Assembly (NCBI GenBank): GCA_964016885.1
Contig: OZ024743.1
Span: 294,500,001 to 294,564,000 of the forward strand
From: Eledone cirrhosa
Taxonomy: Eukaryota
Direction: 5' to 3'
Length of the DNA: 64,000 bases
Shown here: in pieces, positions 38,700-52,000 of the stretch
Layout: every line of letters starts with the position of its first letter
How positions within the stretch are numbered: position 1 is the stretch's first letter
The notes under the pieces: model-generated
The model's input: the letters and a program-made list of their open reading frames with translations, nothing else
Told to the model about the DNA's origin: nothing
Database searches by the model: none
Made by a program: the position numbers and the translations under genes

Positions 38700-38703
<4 letters not shown>
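38149..38703 (+). mobile_element. Penelope-like element 3' fragment (GIY-YIG C-terminus plus pLTR), ending at (TA)n
   Basis: RQITEAINIKELQPKLNRKYEW; same family as 62700-63360; contains a hammerhead. Confidence 0.75.
38507..38551 (+). ncRNA. Minimal type I hammerhead (PLE-type)
   Basis: AGTCA CTGAAGA g GTCACA-TAGTG-TGTGAC GAAA GAAC TA TGACT. Confidence 0.7.
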
Positions 38704-38747
<44 letters not shown>

Positions 38748-38752
<5 letters not shown>

Positions 38753-41058
38753 GTTTTGCGAGGTTTTTGATATGAAATTGTGTGTCGAAACAAATATTGT
38801 TAAACTTGGTGAGGATCATATTGTTGTAATAATATTGCCAGAAATTATAACAGAACACACTCACTGTTTGGTTGGTTTTCGCTTCTGTATCTTTTATATC
38901 TCCACAGTTAATTCATTTAGTCCAAAATGTTTATCATTCACTGACCAACGGTCAAAAATACAGATATAAATACATATATATAATCTAACAAAGTTCTTTC
39001 GTTGCACATCTGCAACATCATAAGTGGTACTATTATGTTCTTCCTGTTGTATTGTATGTCTACACCATTTTTATTTTTTATGTTTGTTTATTTATTTATT
39101 TATTTTTGTCTTCTTCTCTGTGCATGCCTTTGCGTGTGTGTATACTGTTTGGTGTGTGTGCTCGCGTTTGGATGATTGTGTTTTGGATATTGTATTCTAT
39201 CTTAGTTTACTAGTGTGTGTTTATGTCTTTGGTGTTATTGTGCTTCTGTATATATTTATTTATTTATTTATTTATATTTCTCTTAAGTCAGTATTGTTTG
39301 TTTGGGTGTTGTTGTTATTCCATTCATTTGTTTCTGTTATATTTGGCTTTCTAAGCTCTATTTCGCTTGCCTCTCTCATTTGCCTACCTGCTGTGTCATT
39401 TCTATGTTTAGATATTATTTTAATTTCTATCTTGTCTATATTACCGTCATGTCTTTGTCTGGCGTGTTCGTATAGTACTGAACCGTTTTTTCGTCCTTTT
39501 AATTCCCCCCCCCCCCAGTGTTGGTCTATCCTTTCTCCTATGCTTCGAGCTGTCTGGCCTATGTATGTTGTTGTCATGTTTCTGCAAGTACTCTCTGTAC
39601 ATCTTATGCTATAGACTACATTTCTAGTTTTACAATTTATCTGGGGGTTTACTTTACATATAACACATTTCCTATTAGTACAGTAGGTTTTCTTAAAAGG
39701 GTATGTTTTTCTGATCTGGGATTTTATGGTAATTCCTGGCTTTTCTACCACTTTAATCTTTAAGGGGGTCTTTCTCAGGGCCTTTCTATATTGGTTAGCT
39801 AATTTCCCTCCAGGGGTAGCGTCCACGAACATGACACTCTGGTATCTCTGATTGTAACACCATGAGGTGGCTTTCCCTATCCTATGTTTAGTCCTATCTA
39901 AGCTATTCTAAGATTGTCTCCTGTATAATGGGCAAATAGCTTTCTTGTCCTTTTCTATAAGGGTCTTATACTTTTCCGTGGCTCCTTTGTATACTCTGAT
40001 CCTGTCTCTTTGGTTGTAGCCAAAGAACTGCATGCGATTGATGAAATGTTGGATGTGTCTTTCCATTTCTGTTGGGTCGCACATGCGGGACACGTTCTTC
40101 ATCACTCGTACCAAGTCTGCGATCATAATATTAAAATTAGCACTACTGGATATTGCTGAGTCTTTGAGTATCAGGTATTTGGAGGCCCTGGGTTTAGCGT
40201 AGTGTGAGTGGAAAATGTAGTCCCTGTCGATTATAGTGTTAATCCAGAGTTCCGTGTCTAATACTGGTAGTCTATTGTTAGGGTGTTTGGAAGGGTAGTC
40301 AACAATTACAGTTATACTCTGGTGTATGGAGTTAGCTATCTGCTGGATGCTTTCCATTGTGCTATATTCTAAATTATATTTGTTAGTACTCTCTTGTGGG
40401 GGTGTCCTTATCATATTAATATATATTAATATCGTCTACGTAACGAGAGTACATGATGAGGTCTATGGAGCTCTCATCAATGGGTTCTTTGAGTCTACAT
40501 TCCCACCATACCACAAAAAGTTTGGCAACGTCATCAGCTATGTTGACGCAATGGCTGCTTCCTCATTTCGGGTGTAGACCTTTTCGTTGAATTTGAATAT
40601 ATGGCCTTTAGGGTAGTTTTAATACTAGCCCCTATTGCATGCGCAACCATTTTTCTTACCTGATCATTGTTTTTTGGGGGCCCTATGGCTTTGGTCCACC
40701 CAATCCACCTTCCCATGGAAGTCTTCTTTAGCATTGATGTTATGGTGGGGGTTGAGGGGTCTACCTCTTATGGGTCTACTGGGGCAGAAACAGCTAAGGT
40801 CATGGCTGTCTAGGTACTCGGTGTCGTAGGTAAGTCTAAGTAGAAGGCCCAGTTCATCTGTGTCGACGTTGCAGAACACCACCTCACTTTCACTGATCTC
40901 CACACATTTTCCACAGCAAAATCAATGGATGGGTATAGTGATACCACGTCCATACTGCTTATTATGCAATTAGACAGGTTTTTGTTTTTGTTGCACTGAT
41001 TGATTCTGCTGAGGAGGTCCTCTGGAAGTGTGTTCTGTTATTATTTCTGGCAATATTG
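38748..41058 (-). mobile_element. Penelope-like element, 5'-truncated RT plus GIY-YIG, with an inverted pLTR piece at its 5' end
   Basis: SMDVVSLYPSI, SRYVDDINI, LPVLD, Cys cluster then NVVYSIRC..YIGQTARSIGERIDQH..REASEI; 41026-41056 is an inverted copy of 38832-38861; degenerate hammerhead at 38988-39027. Confidence 0.88.
39272..39832 (-). pseudogene. GIY-YIG endonuclease domain of the PLE
   Basis: VVY..YIGQT.R...R...H and terminal E..I motifs. Confidence 0.85.
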
Positions 41059-41062
41059 GCAA

Positions 41063-41252
41063 TGGATTGGCAGTATCGGTAGAGGGTCAGATGCCATGCT
41101 TTGACGCATAGAGTTACGGCCTTTGCCATTCTCAGTTCAAATCCCGCCGAGGTTAACTTTGCCTTTCATCCTTACGGGGTCGATAAAATAAAGTACCAGT
41201 AATGCACTGGGTAATTGTTGGCCTTGTGCCAAAAGTAGAAACAATTATTATT
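41063..41252 (+). mobile_element. tRNA-derived SINE
   Basis: Near-identical to 22621-22800; ATT tail. Confidence 0.85.
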
Positions 41253-41691
41253 AGGATACACGAGGTAATTAACAAACACTCTGACACATTTAATAGTTGT
41301 ATGCATAATATATCTAAACCTTTCCTGAGATTATATAGTTAGCATATTCTGTAGACACTAACCTCTACCTATACTTGGACGTAATCATTAAACCTTTATA
41401 TAGTTACATATACATCTCCTCCTGTAATAACCTGACCTTCAGATTAAACAAATAAACAAATAAATAAGAAAATTATTCGGAACAATTCTTTAAACTATAT
41501 GAACCGGAGTGGCTGGTAATTTGATACCTAATCTATTTGCCATCCAAAGAATCTCAGTAAGAATAGTATCTGCCGCATGCTATCTGACTAAAAAAATAGC
41601 CATCCAAATCCTATGACTACTTGAGTAGAGTGCTTCCACCAAGTTCCTAACTGCAGTTGCATATCAAAAACACAAACACTTCAATTTTACA

Positions 41692-41762
41692 CCTCACTGA
41701 CGAGAACACGTCAAAGGGGTATTATGCAATCGCTATGACGTCTTCGAAATACGTATAACAGG
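41692..41762 (+). ncRNA. Degenerate minimal type I hammerhead
   Basis: CTGACGA, stem II GAAcACGTCA/TGACGTcTTC, GAAA, palindromic TACGTA, TA; stem I only partly paired (CCT/AGG). Confidence 0.55.
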
Positions 41763-42129
41763 ATTACATACTAAACGGAGGATGTAGATTTAAAACTGTC
41801 TCTCTTTATAAAACTGACACTCCTGTTGATACCTTATTGATAATACTTTAAGGAATGTAAGCCGTAGACTGCTTTACAATCGTTTACGTCCAAAGTTGGT
41901 GGATTATTTGATCAACCAAACTTCCTCAGATGTATAATAAGTATATATATATTCCTGATTTTGTGTATGGTATGGATCCGTAACCACTGATGGCGTTGTA
42001 GGAACACCGTGTTGACATACGGCGTTTCTTGGCAATTTATGCCTGGCAAAGCCCGTCTCTCTCCAGGCCTAAGTACAGCAGAATCCTTCCAGAGAAGGAT
42101 AGTAACTATGAAAAAAAACAGGAAGATAA

Positions 42130-42251
42130 GTCACCAGTACTTCACTGATAATATTTTATCGACCTTGAAAAGTAGACCTTGGTGGCATTTGAACTCAGAG
42201 GACAAAGACGTGGAACAAATACCACGAAGCCCCCAATTCGCCACCTTGCCT
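42130..42251 (-). mobile_element. Degenerate SINE
   Basis: TTTTATCGACC..GATTTGAACTCAG-like match to the family. Confidence 0.5.
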
Positions 42252-43469
42252 AATTAACGCTAAAACAGTTATAACAGTTATATTAAAGTTAAATTATTTG
42301 TTTCTGGTGTTTGCTTAGATCGGATTCACCTATCAATATATATATACAGTCTTTATTTAATTTCATGCAGTGGAACCAACGAAGGAATCTCCTTATTGTC
42401 GCTTCAACTACAAGAAATAGTAGTTAAACACCGCTTAAATCACACCATGTTGACTTTTTCAAATATAAATATGTATTACGTCGTATGTTTATGGATGACA
42501 CAGACTGCCAATGAATTAAGAACCAATAATTACAAGTAGAACTTCTTTGAATATGTCCATGCTTGATCAGGGCTGACCTGTGGCAGAAATCGTCATATAG
42601 TGTATTGTTCTTTAGTTTTTAGAAAAATCATATTGACGCAGTGTAGCACTCACCAAACCAGACACATTTTAAGAACCAGACTCATCTCTGGAAGCTAACA
42701 ATGCAATCTTCGATTTGACAGTGATTTAACGGTTTTAAATTGTGAGAATTGTTCGTTAAGAGATTAAAGTGACTTGGCATTTGAATGAAGACAGCTCTAG
42801 TGAATGTTTACGAAAAACAACCGTTCACGTAAGTCCGTTACTTTCTATAAGCAGTTATGTCCGTATTGGCAAGAAAAAGGAAAATAACATTAGCCACTCA
42901 CTTGTTTTATCATAACTGCGCGTTTATATATAGCTGGCTTTTTAATGCTCTCTACATTGAATTTATGTATACTCCGTCAATTTCGACGATCAAAATGTTA
43001 TTAAACGTTTACATGACTTTCCTCTTCAAGTAATAGTAACATTTTGGGTTCAATGTAATCGATTGTTCTCTCTCCCCGAAAAAAAAATTAATGCATTATG
43101 TCTAGATTGGAAATTATTATTTATGAGGAAGGTTGCTAGAATCGGCAGAACAATGGAAGAAATTATTTGTGGTATATATTACTGCTTTCAAATTTTTATT
43201 TCACTTCCTACTGGGGACAATGTTTCTGTTAATCCTCCAAGATCAATAAAATGCATATTTGTCGTCTAAACCTTCCCACGAATATGTAGCTATATGTGTA
43301 TGTTACAAATTATTATTATGAGACTGATGTATGACAGAAACAGCAGAGAGCCGGACTTTGAAATATTTAGTTTATATGCACTATGAATTGTTCGGCTATA
43401 TCCCTTCAGAAATATGTGACATTTTTGTAAATTTTGGAAATTCTTTTTAATTTAGCACTGGCTTAAGTC

Positions 43470-43860
43470 ACTAGATTATCAAAATCACGAGAACCTCGGG
43501 ATAAATGTGTTACATTATTTGCTAGGTACTCTACGTCCTGGGTTCAAACACAGCCGAGATCAACTTTGCTTTTTATCCTTCCGGTGTTGATGAAATCACT
43601 CAAAAATTGGGGTTGATTTAATCGAGATTTTCTGCCACCAAAACTAAAGAAATTGTTCCTATATCAGCGATTATTATTCTAGTACGGATTTTTGTGTTTG
43701 TATTTTTATAAGTTTCATTCAAGGCGGAGAATTGGCAGAGTCGTTAAAATGTCGTACTGAATGCTTTGCAGGATTGAGTTCAAATCCCCTCGAGGTCATC
43801 TTTGCCTTTTATCCCTGTACGGTCGATAAAAATACCAGTCTAGTACTGGGGTTGATTCTT
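43470..43860 (+). mobile_element. Two degenerate SINE copies
   Basis: GGGTTCAAAC/GAGTTCAAATCC B-boxes, CTTTGC.TTTTATCC, GTACTGGGG. Confidence 0.55.
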
Positions 43861-44971
43861 CCTCTATAATTCTTTCTCACTTCCTTTCACCCACTTTCTG
43901 TTCTTCTCTGGAAAGATCTGCTGTATTCGAAACTGGCGAAACGATGAGCTCAGCTAAGTGTAAAAATGCCCTAGGAACGCCATATATCAATATGGCGCCC
44001 CTACGACTTCTGGAGTTACAAGTCCATACATACAGGTTTCATACAACATATTAAAAACGAAGTAGATACTATAAATATACCATCTCTGAATCCAAAGGAA
44101 GGCACAGAATTTATGCCTGTTAAATTATTGGCTATATTTACCACCCTATAAATATTTTGATATTTATTCTGGTTTACATATTAGATCATCACAAACATTT
44201 TTCTTGTTCTTTTCCTCTTTTATGATGACACTCTTCCTCTAGTAATTGCAATAGTTGAGAACCCTATATATCAAGATTCATTTTCATTTCATCAACTGGA
44301 GGATTTCATAATTGTTTGTTTTCAGTATTTTTAGAAGAAATTGATCATCCTATCAGTCCGGCAGATCACTATGACGCCTTTCTCTGGCAACGGTGGTAAG
44401 CATAATTTTATACGTGTAATGATGAAGTTGGTATTTTGTTTGTTCTTCGTATATCTTTCATTTTAAACAAAACAGTCCGTATATTGAATGAAACACGATG
44501 TTCTCTTCACTAGTCCGTATATTGAATGAAACACATCATCAATTTTTGCACACAATGAATTTCAAATGAAACGTAATACAGAAAGAGTAGTTGCTAAGCA
44601 ACAAACTACACATGATTGAACAAATCTACGATGAAAGGTATTCCAATTGTGAACATCTCGTATTTTCTTTCAGGCAGAGTTTAAACTGGATATACATTAT
44701 GAAACGAGTTCCTTTTCTTCGTTTAAAGCGATAGTTCTGATGCATATTTGCTCACAGAAATATACATTTTACGTTACGTATACCCATACTTGTATGCTTT
44801 ATTCTTTTACAATTTGTGCAGTGAAAAGACAGTGCTGTCTTTTGATGGATCATATGGAAACCAACATTCATATAAAAATGTCTAGCATTTATTTCATAGG
44901 CCCTGTTTCCTTGAAAGTACGGGACATAAATAAACATTAAATATAAACAGACATTTACACAAGTTCGTACA

Positions 44972-45061
<90 letters not shown>

Positions 45062-45660
45062 GCGTGTGTGTGACGGATTTCGGCACAGTTTCCGTCAACC
45101 AAATAATTGGTCAACCCAAGGATATAGTAGGAACGAGTTGCCAAGATGCGATAAAAATCAGATGATTGCAAACCAAACATTTCAATCGGACAGCCATGTC
45201 TCTGCATGTACCAGTTTTAATATGTAACAGTACTCATATATCATGTAACAGTAATCATATATCAATTGAACTATTTTCCATGGAATATAATGTTTAGTTA
45301 AATGATTAAATTAATTTCAGGTTGAGTTGTTAACATTTTGTGGATTGTTTCTCGCTTCATGTGTTCTAATTATTAACTATTTAGCTTTATACTGAATAAC
45401 CATAGCTAACCACGCCGAGTTCATAAACTTACGTTTACATTTTAGCTCTAATAGCTGTACAGTTTAGAAATTATTTCCAACACAATGAAATTCATTAGAG
45501 TTTCTCTTGAAATAGCTATTAATTAGTATATCTTAAGACTAGTCAACTACAGAGCCATGTGAATCTTCATTGGCCAATTAATTACGTTAATTAGTTAATA
45601 TTCTTAATTATCTCTAAAGAATGCTTTGGTAAAGTATTGTACCCAAATAAAATTTTGAAT

Positions 45661-45854
45661 AAATAATTGTTTCTACTATTGGCACAAGGCCAGCAATTAC
45701 CCAGTACATTACTGGTACTTTATTTTATCGACCCAGTAAGGATGAAGGGCAAAGTTAACCTCGGTGGGATTTGAACTCAGAATGGCAAGTGCTGTAACTC
45801 TATACGTCAAAGCATGGCGTCCGACCCTCTACTGATACTGCCAATCCACCACCC
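45661..45854 (-). mobile_element. tRNA-derived SINE
   Basis: Reverse complement of the family consensus. Confidence 0.85.
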
Positions 45855-45978
45855 TTTTGAATAAATAATGCTCTGAAAATACATATCTGGGCTGGTTTAT
45901 GATATAATGTGCTTGTAATGAATTGTATTTTAATCCGCTTATATATAAGTAACATTTACCTTCGTTATTAGTTTGTTG

Positions 45979-46417
45979 GATAAGGTTGAAAGGATTGAAA
46001 AGGGACTCTTTCCTCTCCGGTGAATCCCTGATTAACTTTTTTAAATTTCACTTGAAGAGGAAAATCAGGATGGCGACGCAAGTGCTGTCTTCTAGTAAGT
46101 TTGTTGAAAGGTAGATGAAAGGAGCGAGTCTGGTCCGAGTGAACGGGCCCGCTCTAAGTATGTGCATGTAGACTGAGGAGTGGAAGAACTGAGAGAGGGC
46201 GCTTGCCCTGGTGGTCAGGGTGGCCATGGTCGCTTGTGTGGTTTTCGCCACGAGTGACCCATTTTTGTTTGAATTTTTTAATTTGTTTTTAAACATATCT
46301 ATTTTCTTGTTATAACCTTTTTACACGACCAAATCACACTTTGTATCGTCTTGTATCGTTCTGTGCTGTCTGTAATGTTTTTCTTCATGTTAGCCCTTGT
46401 GGCCAATAAAGAAACCA
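45979..46417 (+). mobile_element. 5'-truncated Tx1 copy G (end of ORF2 plus 3' UTR, D-like) with 14-bp TSD
   Basis: LINFFKFHLKRKIR; 3' end CCCTTGTGGCCAATAAAGAAACC; TTATTAGTTTGTTG at 45965-45978 and 46418-46431. Confidence 0.9.
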
Positions 46418-46848
46418 TTATTAGTTTGTTGTTCATTCGTTTGACAACTCGCATTGCAGATCTCTCTCGCAAGTTTTTTTTTATTATTCCATTGTTATCT
46501 ATCCTATTTTAATGAATATTTTATATGGATTTATAGTTACACTAACCAATATATTCGTGAGCTGTTTATGCTTTCCTTACCTGTAGCCAATAGGGGTTAA
46601 ATCTGTGTTTGTTTTTCAAACAAACCCCTCACGCATTTTCATAAGCATATGTCAGAAGACAAGTAACCCTCCTCTGTGTTGAGCGGCGGGCAGTCCGTGA
46701 GACGAAACACCTAGCTGTCCACTTACGTCACCACAAAGTATTTACTTCAACAATTTATTAGTTTGCAACATAAAAGAAAGATAATGAGGCACTACAAGAA
46801 AAAACTCCAATGAGAAATTGGTATGGAACCACAGTCGTGAAATACAAA

Positions 46849-47038
46849 ATAATTGTTTCTACTTTTGGCACAAGGCCAGCAATTATCCCAGTGTATTACT
46901 GGTACCTTATTTTATCGACCCCATAAGGATGAAAGGCAAAGTTAACCTCGGCGGGATTTGAACTCAGAATGGCAAGGGCCGTAACTCTTTGCTGCAAAGC
47001 ATGGCGTCAGACTCTCTACCGATACTGCCATCCACCCC
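46849..47038 (-). mobile_element. tRNA-derived SINE
   Basis: Reverse complement of the family consensus. Confidence 0.85.
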
Positions 47039-47721
47039 GTGAAATACAAAATAATGATACTATAATTAAGACGTAGATTGACCGAAGCATTAAGAATATG
47101 CTTTATAACCTTGAAATTCAGGGTTCAATTCTACTGCGTTCCATTTTGGTCAGGTAGGAAATTGTGTTGACAGAAACTGTTTAGATGTCTCCCAGAATAT
47201 CAATGAGAATTTCACTGAGAGAACACATGACTACGGAATACTCAGTCACCGACAGGCCAATATAACATGTCAGATGAACCGATTATTGAAAAGGGTCAAC
47301 CTTGTCACACATTGCACTACACTGAATTTACCTGAGAATGACGCTATTCATACACGTACCTGTGAAATTCTCAGCCTCTTCATTTACGTGTTAAATCAAA
47401 AAGAAATAATAAACCTTCCTATTGACTGAAGAATTGGAGCAATCATCGTCGAAACCGATTAAAGTCCTTTTGTGATTTTTACCTGGAAAGATATATTGTT
47501 TTACCTGGAAAGATATATTGTTTGGGTAATATCATTCGATAATTCCAACTCATACTTAACTGGTACTTTATATAATTGATACTAAAACAGGAAAGGGATA
47601 TCGATAATAGGAAGGGTTTAATTCATAATGCACAGATACGAAAATCTGATGATATTTTGAACAACGCTTTATATAAATCTCTTACATCACAAACATAAAT
47701 TATCATAATTATCGTTATTAT

Positions 47722-48342
47722 AGGGCGGTGGGTTGGCAGTATCGGTAGAGCGTCAGAAATCATGCTTTTCAGCATTGAGTTACAATCCTTTACGGTCTCA
47801 GTTCACATCCCGCAGAGGTTAACTTTGCCTTTCATCCATACGGGGTCGATAAAATAAAGTACCAGTAATACACTGGAATAATTGCTGGCCTTGTGCCAAA
47901 AATAGAAACAATTATTATTATCGTTATCATAGGGCGGTGGTTTGGCAGTATCGGTAGAGCGTCAGATATAACTCTATGCTTTGCAGCATAGAGTTATGAC
48001 CCTTTACGTTCTGAGTTAAAATCCCGCCGAGGTTAACTTTGCCTTTCATCCTTACAGGGTCGATGAAGTAAAGTACCAGTAATACACTGGGATAGTTGCT
48101 GGCGTTGTGCCAAAAATAGAAACAATTATTATTATCGTTATCATAGGGCGGTGGTTTGGCAGTATCGGTAGAGCGTCAGATATAACTCTATGCTTTGCAG
48201 CATAGAGTTATGACCCTTTACGTTCTGAGTTAAAATCCCGCCGAGGTTAACTTTGCCTTTCATCATTACAGGGTCGATGAAATAAAGTACCAGTAATGCA
48301 CTGAAGTAATTGCTGGCTTGTGCCAAACGTAGAAACATTATT
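47722..48342 (+). mobile_element. Three head-to-tail SINE copies (~210-nt period)
   Basis: Repeated TAGGGCGGTGG.TTGGCAGTATCGGTAGAGCGTCAG heads with shared TTATCGTTAT(C/T)A linker. Confidence 0.85.
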
Positions 48343-48790
48343 ATCTTTATGCACTTAATCTTTATCCTATAGTAACTTTAACAAATTCATTCACTAATTA
48401 TTAAATCGTTTCCGGTAATTTTAGCATTACTTTTCTCTACTACCACTAAGACCACTACAACAAGCACCCCCACCACCAGCACCATCACCACCACCATCAT
48501 CACCCCCATCACCACCATCGCCACCAACACCACTACTACTCCTACTAAAACTACCACCATAACAGCCATACCACCACCACCACCAACATCATAATATTAT
48601 CACCTCATCATCATCATCATAACCCTCGTCATTAATGAATGGTTACTAAACAGAAACATTAAAGAGGATGTGTATTCGGTGACTGTTGCATGAATTCCAA
48701 AATTAATAGATGTAATCTATCGCTAGATTAGGTCAGCATATTTTCCAGAAAACACCGATTTATTTGAGTGGGTTTCCGTACATATATATA

Positions 48791-48991
48791 AAGAGGTCCC
48801 CCAAAAATGTATACACACTTCAACAGAAAAAAATTGCATTAGAATAAATTCGAGTTTATATGCATTATTTAAAATATGTAAACATTTTTGGGTGTTTACA
48901 TACAATTGAATTATGAGAAAGGCTGTGAATTCTAATAAATATTGCCTGTACACATAATCAAAGTGTGTATACATTTTTGGAGGACACCCTG
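48791..48991. mobile_element. Tc1/mariner-type MITE
   Basis: ~30-bp TIRs (..CCAAAAATGTATACACACTT / AAGTGTGTATACATTTTTGGAGGACACCCTG), flanked by TA. Confidence 0.65.
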
Positions 48992-48999
48992 TATATACA

Positions 49000-49035
49000 T
49001 ATATCTATATCTATCTATCTATCTATCTATCTATC
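49000..49035 (+). repeat. (TATC)n tract upstream of Tx1-F
   Basis: Direct reading of the sequence. Confidence 0.95.
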
Positions 49036-52000
49036 GTTGATAGTAGACGTATGTTACTTCGGCTGCAGCCTTTTTGGATTTGTATTACGTTTTTGACTGT
49101 GAGTTTGTGTTTCATTTGTTTTATGTGTGTGACCTAACCTCCCGCCTGGACTTGCAGATGGGTGGTTATTTTATTTTTACTACTTTTTGGGGGTAAAAAC
49201 TACTTTGAAAAATGTGTATACCAACTTACAATAATAGACACCATACATGAAAACACCACTGCCACGCTCCCCAGGGAAAGTGATAAAGAAGAACAAGTAA
49301 CTCAACCTACTGAAGCTTCCCTTCGCTCACTTTCGCATGCGAGTATGGAAGTGGATTTGGGGAACAATTGTAAAAACTTGTGTAATAACACAAACAATGG
49401 AAACAGTAAATTGAAAGAATGTATAAATCACACTAACACCAACAAAACCAACACAAATAACAAAGAAAATAACACAAACACACACAAAAGCGAAAACAGC
49501 AGCAACAATGACAAAGAAAACAACATAAATGTGAACTCAAAACACGAAAAAATGGGTGAAAACCCAAAAAGCTTTACCGCAAACAACAACAACCAAAACG
49601 AAAACACCCAAGAAAACAAGAACAACGGCAACGAAACACACAAAATACGACCCCACTACACGAATATCCTTTGCCCAAGTCGTTAAGGAGACCGAAACTT
49701 TCATCCCGGTTGACATCAGTAATGCAGCGGAATTGCTAAAATAGGGGAGAAAACAGGTGAGTTTTGGTGAAAACGGTGAATTCACCATAATCTCCCCTAA
49801 GGATATTAAAAGAGACACGGTCCTAAGAACAATTAATTTTAGAACTATATCAAAAGCGTCGAAAAAAACCAGCTCAATTATCGCATAGCGAAATTGAGCT
49901 GGTGTTATAAGACGCGTTGAAGGACATGATTTTTATTGAGAGAGGGAAGTTATATGGGAGTCTGATAATTTTGATGAAGGACCAATTGGTGGCCCAAAAA
50001 TACTCGGTGTCGTCAATTGTGTCCAAAGAGGTACACTTTCTTCCCCCACCTACATGGGGAAGAAAACTAAAAAAATAACAATCATCGGTATACACCTAAA
50101 TACAAATATGTGGTGGATACTAGGAAGGATACTGGACGACGAAGATGAACTCCTTGATATAGGCAAAGCCATCAGGGGCTACTTTGGCGGTATAGGCATA
50201 AAGGTTCTGGTTCGAATGAAACCAGAACGTATCGCAAAGATACCCAAAAGAGTGTCCCTGGAAGGCTCCCAATTTATGAACATTGCAGTTGAAGGTAGGC
50301 GGCCCTCTTGCAACCTCTGTGGAGGAAGAGGTCACCTGAGGGCTGCCTGTCCTCAACAAACTAAAAAACCTTTACTGCCAACACCTCCAAAAACACCACC
50401 ACCACATCAACAACAATAAACACAAGTCAACAAAATACTGTACACGGACCCACCCAACCCCTCCACACCCAAAACAACTACACAAACAAAAACACAATCA
50501 CCACCACCACCCAAAAAACAACAAACACAACAAGTCAACAAAAAACTGAACACGGTCCCACCCAACCCCTCCCCAACTAAAACAACTCCAACAACATACA
50601 TAACAAAACCCCAAAATGTACCCCTCCCCACCAACATGGAAGAGGATCCCTTAACGTCAGAAGACGAGAAGGAACCCTTCCAAAAAATAAAGCGAATAAA
50701 AAGAAAACATACCGCACCCACACAAAGAAAAATAACCCCTCCCCCAAAACAAAACATAAAAAAAATACAGAACAAAAACCAACAAAAATTACACAGGCAC
50801 AGCTATACACATACGTCAACACAAAAAATATAAAACTTGTAAACAAAATTGAACAAAGCCCTTCGGTTTGCACCGAAGGGCCAAATTTCACGAGGTACAC
50901 AGAGAACCCCTCTTTAAAAATGATTAAAACTCCGATAGACAATTTTCCTGAGGACGTCCCACCCCCACCCCCACCCTGTGTAAAACAATGAACCGCGTCC
51001 TCTTGAAACATTTTCCCACCCCCACCCCAGACACCCACACCACACCAAACACCCCAACCCAACCACACTCTGATGTCCCCACACCACCACAAACCACCAC
51101 CCCACCCAACAACCCCTCGCTCACCCCCATGGAAGTTGTGCAGCCCGGTCCCCGGGACGTAAGGAGGTGTGTGCCTTTTCTTTTTCTTCCCCTTCGCCGC
51201 CAACATGGCTGTATTGAGAGTAGGCTGTTTGAATGCGCGTGGCCTGAGCTCACCTTGGAAGCAGGCAAAACTTTTAAATGACCTCAGGTCGCGCAGTATA
51301 ATTGTCATGGCTATTTGCGAGTCCAGGGTAAGCAGCGAACGCCAGCTATCCCCAAACTTTAAAGACTTTGAGATCTATGCATCTCTCTGTCAGCCAGGAG
51401 GTGAGGGTCGGCTTGTCGTTCTGCTGCAAAAACACCTGGGCCTCGCAACGCAGACGGTGCACTTGGACCCGGAGGGTCGACTGGTGGTACTAGACGTCGG
51501 CAGTGGTGAAGGTGGAGCCTTTAGGCTGGTCGCCGCCTATGCCCCTTGCTTTCAGTGGGGGACTGGAATGGTATCCTAGGTGCACGTTGAGACTATGTAG
51601 GGGCATGTCCATATAGAGGGGGTGTAACAGCCTCAAACGGTTAATCGGCCGATTTCACCTGGCCGATAGATATCGACTAGATTTTCCGACTGCGCCAACC
51701 TGGACTTGGACTACCCCCAGCGGATTACCTAGGTCATACCTAGATAGTGTCCTAGTTAGAAATAAGGATAGGGACCTACTAAGTTGTCCAGAGATGCGCA
51801 TGGTTGGCTATTTAGATCGCAAATTAGTGACCTGCTTAGTCAACCTTGATAAAACGCATAGACAGGACCCGGTTACTGGAAGATTAACTTGTCCTTACCG
51901 GCAAGTAAAGCTTACAGGGATCGGATCAGCACTTTAGTTAAGGAACGGTTGACGGGGGCTATCGTCAATAGCAGGTGGTGGACTCTCTCAAGAGAGAGAT

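Noticed and set aside
44470-47522. Short ~22-bp local duplications (44474/44512, 45223/45244, 47478/47500)
   Set aside because: Ordinary slippage duplications with no further structure
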